A stretch of 63,563 nucleotides of DNA, filler included, from Folioceros fuciformis (taxonomy: Eukaryota), in the NCBI GenBank assembly GCA_049999805.1. It is 31 parts of 31 records of this genome, joined end to end, with 100 filler letters (N's around TTAATTAATTAA, not from the genome) between each part and the next. Parts side by side here need not be neighbours in the genome. Positions count along the whole stretch, not along the records: positions 37,691 to 40,455 come from JBNGIO010000387.1; positions 40,556 to 42,673 come from JBNGIO010000388.1; positions 42,774 to 44,116 come from JBNGIO010000389.1; positions 44,217 to 45,394 come from JBNGIO010000390.1; positions 45,495 to 48,526 come from JBNGIO010000391.1; 26 more parts are not named here. One strand, written 5' to 3'. Under the pieces are notes generated by a model that saw only the letters and a program-made list of their open reading frames with translations, ran no database searches and had not been told where the DNA came from. The stretch's first letter is position 1; every line of letters begins with the position of its first letter. The position numbers were made by a program, and so were the translations under genes. Positions 38,154 to 48,626 of this stretch are shown piece after piece.

Positions 38154-38845
38154 ACTTGGCTTTGCCATACATTGCCATGGGCTACAGGATGAGCAGGCAA
38201 GCATCACTGGCCAACTTCTCACCTTACTCTCTTCTATTTCGGAGAGAGCCAGTACCACATGTGGCCATTGCCCGAAAGATGCAGGAGGTGCTAAGCTTGG
38301 ATGATCCAGCAGCATGGGCCAAGGCCATTGGAGAACATACAGCGTTATTCAGACAGGTGATGCCAATGGCCATGGCCAACCTCAGGATAGCCTAGCATCG
38401 TGATATGCTCAGGTATGCTCACACTAGAAGTGGGAGCTTCCATCCCAAGGTCAGGAAATTTCAGCTAGGGGACTACGTCTACCTACAGCAGGATACCTTG
38501 GAGCCTAGCACCAGCAGACATGTGTTACAGGTGCAAGGGGTGCATAGGAATGGAGTACTGTAGCTGGAAGGGTCAGATGGGAGGGTCACCACAGACTACA
38601 TGAAGAACTGCGCCCCTTGCCATCTGCCCAACTTGGACCCCACGCTAGTCACAGCAAATTGGATCCCTCCAGCTGATTACCCATATCAGGTGTGCAGGCG
38701 GATTGACGATCCAAAGCTCATGATGTTGTGTGACGACTGCAATGGAGGCTTCCATTTATTTTGCCTTCAGCCACCATTGACCGAGGTGCCGGAGAACCTA
38801 TGGTATTGCCCTCTCTACCGAGCTAGGGACCACAGGGATAACTGA
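38154..38845 (+). pseudogene. Gypsy integrase C-terminus with C-terminal PHD finger
   Basis: One frame with two TAG stops: LALPYIAMGYRMS...FQLGDYVYL...KNCAPCHLP...Y(C)QVC-x11-LCDDC-x3-FHLFC-LQPPLTEVP-x3-WYCPLY(C)...*. Confidence 0.88.
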
Positions 38846-39089
38846 TCAGGTAAACTCAATGGGTCCGATTCACTTCTTTGCATGGCCTGTCTACAGTTTT
38901 GGTGCCAGGTATCACCACACCGGGGGGGATCAGGACTTGCAAGGGCTACCACTTTGTTTGACTGGTTTCCAATTTGCCTTACGGTCACGTTCATGATCAT
39001 CAGGCTAGCTGGAAAGCGAGTGCCCAAAATCTTTCTCTTTCATACAATCCTGCTGATTGTCAGCCAACTGATCAGGCTGACGCTATTTA

Positions 39090-40174
39090 GCATGACACGC
39101 CTATGCCTCCTCCTCTGTCAGCTCTTCCAGGACTGCCTCTGAATAGTAGGGAGGCAGTCCCCACACTCGGCAACAGTGGTAGAAGGACCCCCTGCGGGTC
39201 CTTAGCTATAGGCAGTAGCCCCTTGTCACTCCTGATCCCACACGCACATATACAGTCAATTTCAGCACACGGGCTCCATCCACATAAAGGCCAGGAACAT
39301 AAGTGGCCTCATCCTGATATTGCAACAAAATTTGATCCTCTGTTGCAGATGAAGTGCTTACCCCCTCCTACCGTGGGCTACTCTTGACTGTCTGCCCTCT
39401 GATTTCCAGTGGCATTGGAGGATCTTCCATCCCCCCAACTGCTGCTCCTCCCTGCTCCGTCCTCCTGGTGCGAGTTGCCCTTCCAAACCTGCGAGTTGCA
39501 GGTTCCTCGATGGTTACTTCTTCCACTACCTTGGTCGGTCTCTCCTCTACCGGCGTGGTCTCTCTCCAACCGATAGCTTCTTCAGCTACCTCCATTGCAG
39601 CTTGGCTACTTCGCCTAGCTCTGCCCTTCCCTTTCACTCTGCTCCGAGCTTCGTCCCGTTCCCGCTTGTACTTGTCCGCCAGCTTTTGCACTCTCTCCAT
39701 TGTAGTCGATTCCTATTCCTGGGCCTTCACTAATTCCTGTTGCATCTCCTGGTTAGTCCCATGGGCCTCTCTCACCTGAGTTAGGAGCGACTCTTGTTGC
39801 TCCTTCAGCTTCTGCACCTCCTCTCGAGCTTGGCGGGCTTCCTCCTCTGCTTGCTCCTTGGCCGCGCTTAGGGTCCGCTAGATTTCTTCCAGGTGCTACC
39901 GACTTGCTTTGGCCTCAACTAGTTTCTCCTGTGCTTCTGCCCCTGTATACTTAACCAGGTTAGTGCCATGGTAGCTTGGTCCAACATGTCCACTTGAGCC
40001 TGCACCATCGCCATAGTCAATCCTGGCAAGTCCACTCGCTATGTCTCGTCCCCAGCAGCCATCCTCCTGTCCAAGATCTACCTTCCTAGCAGCGCATGAA
40101 CTCTATCTAGATCCTCCCCTTGCAGCAGCCTTGTCACTAGAGGGACACCCTTGAAAAGGATCCCAACTTGGAAA
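39090..40174 (-). pseudogene. Antisense accessory ORF (coiled-coil-like) downstream of integrase-PHD
   Basis: VDLPGLTMAMVQAQVDMLDQATMALTWLS matches VDLPGLTAAMVQAQADLLDQAARALTWLS in 56579-57289. Confidence 0.65.
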
Positions 40175-40408
40175 TGTTGAGTTATCGAGCTCTATATGAG
40201 CTAAACTCATGTGGTGTTAGTTATCCCAGTTGGGTTCATACTAGACTAGTTCTAGTTATTAGTGAACTTAGGATAGTGTAGATTATCCCATATTGAACCT
40301 GGAAGTTGTGTAGCCCTAAATGTACTACTTAAATGGAGACCTCGGACCTCCATAGTAAGACAATGGTGATGTGTATTGTTTTCATGGTTGTGATCACCAA
40401 TACCACCA
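40175..40408 (+). mobile_element. LTR family G-like insert
   Basis: Starts TGTTGAG and shares ACTTAGGATAGTGTAGATTATCCCATATTGA with 31595-31625; right end uncertain, no TSD seen. Confidence 0.6.
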
Positions 40409-40555
40409 TCTCTTCTCTCCTCTCCTCTCCTACACTTGCACGTAGATTGGAGTCGNNNNNNNNNNNNNNNNNNNNNNNNNNNNNNNNNNNNNNNNNNNNT
40501 TAATTAATTAANNNNNNNNNNNNNNNNNNNNNNNNNNNNNNNNNNNNNNNNNNNN

Positions 40556-41006
40556 AGAGGGGAGTGTGTTCCCTTCTTTCTTTTCTTTGGGGTTAGTCTA
40601 GTGACTCTTGCCGGGTAGGAGGAGTCAGTAGGGAAGTGTAGAAGGTAGTGGTGTCATTCTTAGTTGCTGGTGTTGGTGCTAGAGTGAGAGAGTGAGTGAA
40701 GTGAGTGAGGGAAGTCGCAGATCTAAGAGGTTAGGGTCATTGTAGTGACTAGAGTGAGTTTGTGGGCACCAAGAGAGGTGCAGTTGACCACCGGACAGCG
40801 AGGCCTGTCCTACGCCTGATCGGACCTGGAGGGGAGCCCTCGAATCCATCGTCAAGTCGATCAAGTCCGACCCTCCATCCACAGCAGCAAGGAACCCCAT
40901 CACTCCTTCGTGGGAATGAAACCCAATGTCTCAACGACAGTGGGATAAGTGTGGCCACTAAAGGTGGAACCCGTTGGCAATCAGTGCCCGGGGTTTTGCC
41001 TCCATA
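40556..41006. mobile_element. LTR family A terminus
   Basis: Matches 1-502; terminal CACA reads CATA here. Confidence 0.88.
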
Positions 41007-41519
41007 CGCTGCATACTGGATCACAATGCCATTGTGCACAAAACCTACTTTCTGTCTCAATCCTAGGCCCCTTGAATTCGTCGGCTAGAGGCGAGCGCAA
41101 GCAACACCCAAGCACTGAAATGGATAGTAAGGGTCTTTGATGTTTCGAAACAAAACTAATCCCCCTGGCATAAGTGTACTCTAGCACAACATGGGGATGG
41201 TGTGTAAGGGAGCGAGCGTCCAAACGGGAGTGGCAAGTTGTTGCTGTTCAACGGTAACATGTGCAGGATGGTGTGGACATGCGCAGTGGGTGCGAGTGGG
41301 CATGGCCCATGACATATGGGATGTCGAAGGCAAAACCATTTGTGCCGGCCACGAGTTATGTGCCTCATTACTTTGTGTGTACCAATAGCTCCTACCGAAG
41401 CCAAGTAGCATTCAGAAGTCCATGTGAACAACCATTTGTCGTACAAAAGTTCGTGATAGTGGTAAATCACCGCGCATAAGTTTTTACTATGAGCGTCCTC
41501 ATGCTCACAAGTATGCACC

Positions 41520-41700
41520 ATGACCCGGCTGCTATGTACTTGTGTGTGCCATGACCCAGTTAGCATGTACCAGCGTGTGTCATGACGCCACTAATGCACA
41601 CTTGTGCATGCCATGACCCAGTTAGCGTATACTAGTGTGTGTTACGACCCTACTAGTGCACACTTGTGTGTGCGATGACCGAGGTGGCGTGCACTTGCAC
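41520..41700. repeat. Degenerate tandem repeat, about 31/62-bp period
   Basis: CATGACCCAGTTAGC at 41550 and 41612; RYGAC core recurs about every 31 bp. Confidence 0.65.
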
Positions 41701-41955
41701 GCCACCTCGACTTCTTGACTTCTCAAACCCTCGACTTGCATAAAAGAGCGTTTTTAAAGGGTAGTGTGATGCCATACGACTTGAGTAAAAGGCAAAAGAA
41801 GGGTTTGAGGACATACCTAATTTATTTCAAACATTGTTATAGTGGCTATAACATGGACTCCTAGCAACCCTCTTTAGAGATGTCACTATGCAGAATAACA
41901 ACAATATAGAGTGCCTACAACACACACTCTTGGCAACCCCTTTGTAGAGATACAG

Positions 41956-42122
41956 AGTGGCCACAATACAAACTCTCAGCTCAAAGTGGCTACAACACAA
42001 ACTCTTGGCGCAAACTGACTACAACACAAAGTCTCATCACAAAGTGGCTACAACACAAACTCTTGGCGCAAACTAGCTACAACACAAAGTCTCATCACAA
42101 AGTAGCTACAACACAAACTCTG
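41956..42122. repeat. Tandem repeat, 29-bp unit in a 58-bp higher-order dimer
   Basis: CTACAACACAAA core every 29 bp; AAAGTGGCTACAACACAAACTCTTGGCGCAAACT at 41983 and 42041. Confidence 0.85.
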
Positions 42123-42773
42123 ATCCTCTATTGAGATGTCATCGTACACACTAGCAACAACACAATGTGGGTACAACAAAAACTCTTGGTGTGACTCCCT
42201 TTGCAAAGACATTACCATATTGACACATTGGCTACAACGTAGAGTCCCTTTGTGAAGGAAAGAACGTCGTAGATGAGTCGTGACTAGAAACCATTACTAA
42301 GGCCATGACATGCTTTTTAGGGTAGGAAGACTAGGAGAAAACCTACGAACCATGGCATTCTTTTTATGGTAGGTAGGTGAGAAAACCAAAGGACATGACT
42401 TGCCTATTAGGGTAGGTAGGCCAGGAAAAAACCTGAGAACATGGCATGCCTTTTAGAGTAGGCAAGTTGATCAATGCTCTACCAAAGTGTTTTAGGGGTG
42501 GTAGCCATCGAAAGTTGAGCAAAGCAGTTTAGGGTTAGTAACCACTGAAAGTTATCACAAAGTGTTTTAGAGTGTGTCACCACTGAAAGTTATCATTAAG
42601 TTTATGAGTGCTAGTGGTGGCAACAAGGTCCAATAGAGCCTTGTAGATTGTTGGTTCTTGAAATGTGTTCTAGNNNNNNNNNNNNNNNNNNNNNNNNNNN
42701 NNNNNNNNNNNNNNNNNTTAATTAATTAANNNNNNNNNNNNNNNNNNNNNNNNNNNNNNNNNNNNNNNNNNNN

Positions 42774-43146
42774 TACAAGAGGAGTGCTTTTGGGTTGACA
42801 GGAGCACCGGGGTCCTTTATGCGCAGCATGTACAAGATCTTCAAGGATTTCCTCCACAAGTTCCTAGAGGTGTTCATAGATGATTTTTGTGTAACTGGAG
42901 GGGTGGAGCAGCATCTGGAGCACCCGGACAAGGTGAAGGTGATTGCTGCCTTGAGGGCCCCAGCCACATTGAAGGAGCTGCGTGGATTTCTTGGGATGGT
43001 GGGATACTACCGCCGATTCGTGCCAAATTTTGCTAGACGGGCTGCCCCTTTGACGGGCCTATTGAGGAAGGAGCAATCTTGGGAGTGGACAGCGGCAAGG
43101 GAGGCTGCGTTTCAGGACTTGAGGACCACTCTTGTGACAGCACCAA
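42774..43146 (+). mobile_element. Gypsy RT and connection fragment with internal deletion
   Basis: FGLTGAPGSF, VFIDDF, LRGFLGMVGYYRRFV. Confidence 0.9.
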
Positions 43147-43236
43147 CACCTTCACTAAGTGCCCTTTGGATATACGAACCCTAACTGGTTATAACATAAC
43201 CCTAACCCTAAGCAACGTTAAGATTATGCCCTAACA

Positions 43237-44116
43237 GGTCTTCAAGAAAAAGCTAAACATAAATGGCTCTGTTGGAAGGTACAAAGCTCGTTTAGTGGCC
43301 AAGGGCTATAGTCAAATTCCAGGTCTAGACTATAATGAGACATTCGCCCCTATTGTCAAGTCTACCTCTATCCGCATCCTACTAGCCCTTGCAGTTCATT
43401 ACAGCCTTCTCGTGCATCAACTGGACGTCAAAACAACCTTTCTCAATGGCTTGCTAGAGGAAGACATATACATGACTCAGCCTGAGGGTTTCATCATCGA
43501 CAAGGACAAAGTTTGCAAGCTTCTCAAAACTCTGTATGGGCTCAAGCAGGCTTCACGAGCCTGGTATGAAGTTTTTCATAAGCTCTTGATGGAGCTTGGT
43601 TTCACTTGCCTGGATGCCGACACAAGTGTCTACATTCTTTGGGATGGAGAAGACTTTTTGATTCTCACTGTTTATGTCGATGACAACTTCCTCTTCAGTA
43701 ACTCTGCCACTCTTATGGCTAGAATCAAGTCAATCCTGCTCGCTAAGTTTGATATTACTCACCTTGGCAAACTTACCTTCTCCCTTGGTGTCCAATTTCA
43801 TCTCCGTCCGACTGCAAGCACCATCGACATCCACCAGGAACACTTTGTGCGATAGCTTCTCCAGCGTTTCAACATGCTTGATGCTAAACCAGTGGCAACT
43901 CCAATGGCTTTGGGTGAAAAGCTGTCTGTCAAACAATGTCCTACCACTGATGAGGAGAAGAAGCTTATGGCCAACATTCCCTACCGTCAAGCTGTTAGCT
44001 CTTTGATCTATCTTTCTGGTTGGACCTGCATGGACATCACTCGTGCAGTGGGAGCTGTGAGCCAGTTCTTAGAGAATCCAAGCCAGCCTCACTGGACTGC
44101 TGTCAAAAGAATTTTT
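43237..44116 (+). mobile_element. Copia RT fragment
   Basis: [27 protein letters not shown]. Confidence 0.92.
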
Positions 44117-44216
44117 NNNNNNNNNNNNNNNNNNNNNNNNNNNNNNNNNNNNNNNNNNNNTTAATTAATTAANNNNNNNNNNNNNNNNNNNNNNNNNNNN
44201 NNNNNNNNNNNNNNNN

Positions 44217-44681
44217 GCGGCAGAAGGAGCAGAGGAAGGTTGAGAATCAAATTGGGAAGCTGATGGTCAAGCTTTTGAAAGGGCAGGATTTTGAGATCGG
44301 TGACGACACAACTGGGGTTGTAGTCACAGCAGATACACCCTTGGAGCAGGCGGAAGAGCTGCTAGATCGGGGCATCCGCCCCATTGGGATCGCTGAGGGG
44401 TATGAGATAGCGTCTAAGGTCGCCACTGAGCACTTGAATCACAGCGCGCCCAAGTCTGACTTCAGTGCAGATAATGCTGAGCCTCTCGTTTAGACGTACA
44501 TGACGACGCTATCTTCCGAGATAGCGGGTAGGTGCAAACGGATGCTGGCGGAAATTGCAGTGGAAGCTATGCTTGCTGCGGCGGATTTGGAGAGACGTGA
44601 TGTCAACCTCGACTTGATTAAGGTTGAGGGCTAGAGGATGCAAAGACTGCCCTTCTGACCTACCCATTCGAACCACCGAAG
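44217..44681 (+). pseudogene. CCT5: Chaperonin TCP-1 epsilon (CCT5) processed pseudogene fragment
   Basis: NQIGKLMV...[14 protein letters not shown]...IAEGYEIAS...[12 protein letters not shown]...[17 protein letters not shown], then a deletion to EDAKTALLTYPFEPPK; no intron seen. Confidence 0.9.
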
Positions 44682-44689
44682 CATCCCCA

Positions 44690-45259
44690 ATAGAGTTGGG
44701 TAGTTAGGATAGACGTGGTAGGAGGGGTGGTTTAAGCGTTTAAAGACACTGTTTAATGCGCTTAAGCGCTGTAGCAGGTGAGGGACCATCAATGGCTGCC
44801 TACCCGATCAACCACCCCAACCGACAGTAGCCAGGAACTCTATAAGAGTCATAGGGCTCAAGGGATAAAGTGGTTGGTCTTCGTTTCTTACCAAGCCTGA
44901 GCACACTTGTTCGTGTTCCAACAAGTGCGCTCCTGCCGGCTGCGTCGTCTGCAGTGCCTGGTAGCTTGGTGGAGATCGTGACGACCCAGACGCCGGGGTG
45001 TGAGGTGCCGTGTTTCGCACGCACACTCGTGGGTGTCCTACTGGAGTGAGTCGCCGACAGCAGAGGCGCGTTTGGCAAGCAGGAGGTGTATTCAGGTTAG
45101 TGAGGGTCGTGGTAGAAGAAAGGTACGAATAGAGTCGCACACACACAACTAGGACAGGCCCTCCTTCGAGGGAACGAAACCTGCTAGACTACACGACAGC
45201 GGGATAGGTGTGGCCGCTAGAGGGAAGCCCCTGGGTGTCCCCGGATTCTTTCCACCACA
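44690..45259. mobile_element. LTR family A2 terminus (ends ...TCCACCACA)
   Basis: Shares a subterminal motif with family A; left boundary uncertain. Confidence 0.6.
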
Positions 45260-46231
45260 CTAGTCCATCATAAACCCTCGCAACTTTTCATGATGAGACA
45301 AGGTGCAAGAGTTAATGCTGTGCAAGCGGGAAGGTACTCAGGCAGCATGTCTGTCGATCTGACTTCAGCCAAGAAACACATGACGTCCTGGAGCNNNNNN
45401 NNNNNNNNNNNNNNNNNNNNNNNNNNNNNNNNNNNNNNTTAATTAATTAANNNNNNNNNNNNNNNNNNNNNNNNNNNNNNNNNNNNNNNNNNNNCGACGC
45501 TACCCTGGTGCTCGCGACGGGCACACAGCTTGCTGAGACTCCTCTGGCGCTTGAGCTGGGTGCCTGCGCTCACTATCCAGCACTGACAATACCCTGATGC
45601 CCGCAACGGGACACCATAGCTTGCTGGAATCCCCCTGACACTTGAGCTGAGTGCCTCAGCTCACTGTCCAGCCCTAGCGTCCACTGACGTCGTGCTGATG
45701 CCCGCGACGGAGCACCTTAGCACTTGTGAACTTACCTGCCTGAATGCTGGGTTTTCGAGTCGTAGTAAGTTCTCCACCTAGCCCCGGTGCGGCATGCTAA
45801 GATGGCCAGTCACTCATGCTCACACTGCAATGCAACCCATCAACGATTTTCACTCTGATTCTAAGCAGTAGATTGACAAGCAGTTTCTTGGCCAGCTACC
45901 TTGACCGCAGGCTTAGGCTCAACGAGAGAACTTCTAACAACTGCGGGGCTGAGCCCAGAAGGTTGGCACTTGTCTGTCACGCTCTTGGCCGTTACCCCCC
46001 GTTCTCCTCTCCTCCATCTCCTCCATCTCCTCCATCGTCGCCATGCCGCCCACGCTCGAAACCTCTCCACCATTTTGCACAATGATGGTTCTAAACCCTA
46101 CACGGGTCACACGTTCCCTGCTTGGCTATCCCTCATCTACCTAATCATATAGTTAGACTAATTACATATGATTAGCCTAATTATATCTATTAGGCTAATT
46201 AGATACCCTAATTAATCAACATGGCTTGACA

Positions 46232-46707
46232 TTCTTGCCTTTTTTTTATCTCTGGGTCAACTTGTCCGCGGTGGTCTATGGAGGATAGGAGTTAGCTTCA
46301 TCGAAAGCTTTGTTGTGGCACATATGGGAGCATTTATTGATTGCAGCAGAAGCTTTGGAGCAATCCCGTCGGAAACAAATTAAGTGGAAAGATTGGAGGA
46401 CGGCAGGCTTCCTAACGCCTGGGAAAGATACCCTTTGGAATCATTCGTGCCCGTGGGGAAGGTGAGTCCTTAGGGTCCTTGGGAGACTTCGAGGTGTGAG
46501 TATATGGGGCTCGGTAGTCTGCGGGTACCATAGTGTAGGGGAGCACTCTCTGAGCACCTTGTGTTGAGTTTTGGACACAAGGCCAGTCTTCCCCCCTCTT
46601 TTGGTGCTTGATCTATGTACATACGTTAGCAGGGGGTTCCCTTTGTATTGTAAGTGGGAGGCATCTTCCACTCATAATCAAAATTCTTTTCTTCGCGAAA
46701 AAAAAAA
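46232..46707 (+). mobile_element. 5'-truncated LINE 3' end with A-tail
   Basis: ELASSKALLWHIWEHLLIAAE...WNHSCPWGR is paralogous to the minus copy; ends TAATCAAAATTCTTTTCTTCGCG plus an A run. Confidence 0.6.
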
Positions 46708-47577
46708 CAAACATACACTTTAGGGCGCCGGTAGACCGGCGCACCGAAAGTAAGATTTTTTTTTTCTCAAAGTTTTGGAGTTTGAAGGGTTTATGTACCA
46801 CTTGGTTGTGGGCTTGAAGCAAATGTGTGGAGATCGATTATGTCCACCACACATCAATATACGTGGTTTTTGAGAAAAAGGCTAAAATGTGGATATGTGA
46901 CTAGGATGGTGTAAATTCAAATGTGCACCAAACGGGCTTCGTGGAAAACGACTGTTTGGGTTAGACCTTGTTCATGTTGGTAGTAGAACTTGGATGATAA
47001 GCCATAGAAGGAGCCAACAAAAGGGATAAGACGAGCCAATTGACCTTTTGCACTCTTGAGCTTCAAGAAGATGGCGACCTTGGAGACAATGTTGAAAGCA
47101 TTCTCAATCTCAACCTACAAAGCTACTTAGTGAGGATGCAACTCGAGGGCTGCCTGGATACCGAGGGCAACAAATTCACATGCACTTGGGTAGCAATCCC
47201 AAACTTTTGGGATGCAAGAGGTGATTAGAAGTGCTCCCCAAGTTGAATTGTGATACTTCGGCTGATAATGTGCAAAAACACCTCCCCAGGACAATATGAT
47301 GCACTCCAAAGACGGGCTTTTCTAACGCTAGCAGCCTACTACCCACCCAAACCTAAGAGATTCAATTGAGAACTTCACTCCTAGCAACTTTGCGGCGTAG
47401 TAGACAATGCATGACCAAAAACAATCCTATCTAGGCAAAAAAGCTCCTCGACCATGTGGTTGAGAAGATGTTGCGGCATAGTGTCATGAGGTTCTAGGTG
47501 AAGGGCACAAAGTGCAATAATGATGGCCTGAATTGTAGATGTTGCCGGCTTTAGGCGTAGTGCTCTAGCAGCTCGAG

Positions 47578-48526
47578 CGAAGAAGAAAAGAATTCTGATT
47601 AATATTGACCTTCTCTTACAATACTAAGGGGACCCCTGCTTACGTATTTACATAGCCTGAGTACCATGATCGGGAGAAAAGAAACCGACCTCGTGACCAG
47701 CCCTCTCGATAGGACGCGGAAAATGCTCCCCATCACTCTCATATTAGCGGACTACTAAGAACCTCCAAACCTAAACCACACCTTCACCCGAGGGCCAGGG
47801 GGACTCGTCTTCCCCAAGGGCAGGCGTGATTCCAATGATCGTCACTCCTGGTAGTTAGGAAGCCCGCCGACCTCCATTCACTCCGTTTGAACTGTTTCCG
47901 ATGAGCCTGCTTCAGACTTTCTGCCGCAATTAGTAAATGCTCCCAAATGCGCCATAGTAGAGCCTTAGACGAAGCTGGCTCATTACCGCAATAGACCACG
48001 GCAGACTAGCTGACCCAAAGCTGAAAAATGCACAAAGACCACAGTAAACCCCACCATTAGTGATTCTGAGGTTGGAGTCAGGGAGAATCCTCTACAGCCA
48101 ACTGCCCACCTCACTCCAAATCTCTTGGGCAAAACTGCAATAGCTCGAGCATATTCATCATCCCTACCCAACATAAGACACCGCTTTAGGCACGCTTTAA
48201 ATGGGTTAAGACAAACCTTGTCGACCTTACTGAGTAGATCCTTGTGAACAAAAAAACTTTCAGAACCCCCATTTTGAGTGACGGAATGAGCAGGTTGTGA
48301 TTTTTTTTGTGAAGGGACAGGCGAATCGGCTTAGTAGGTGAATAAGACCAGGGTGTTTATACCCAAAGTCCCCCTTGGGCTTCGGGGTTTGGGGTGTACT
48401 GGAGACCAGGACAAGGAGGGGGAATGAGCGAGTGCCTCCTTAGCCCTCGGGTCATTGAGAACATTAAGGACCAGGTCTATAGGTAGGTGAGTGGGGTATG
48501 TCCTTGGCCTTTGGTGGTCCGGGACC
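47578..48526 (-). mobile_element. LINE ORF2 C-terminal region and 3' UTR, decayed
   Basis: CSFAQEIW (zf-RVT-like), EPASSKALLWRIWEHLLIAAE; the 3' end TAATCAGAATTCTTTTCTTC matches the + copy. Confidence 0.6.
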
Positions 48527-48626
48527 NNNNNNNNNNNNNNNNNNNNNNNNNNNNNNNNNNNNNNNNNNNNTTAATTAATTAANNNNNNNNNNNNNNNNNN
48601 NNNNNNNNNNNNNNNNNNNNNNNNNN

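Noticed and set aside
43185-43236. Interstitial telomere (AACCCT-like units here and near 8250)
   Set aside because: Only 2-3 degenerate units inside LTR-like sequence; these are common telo-box-like motifs.
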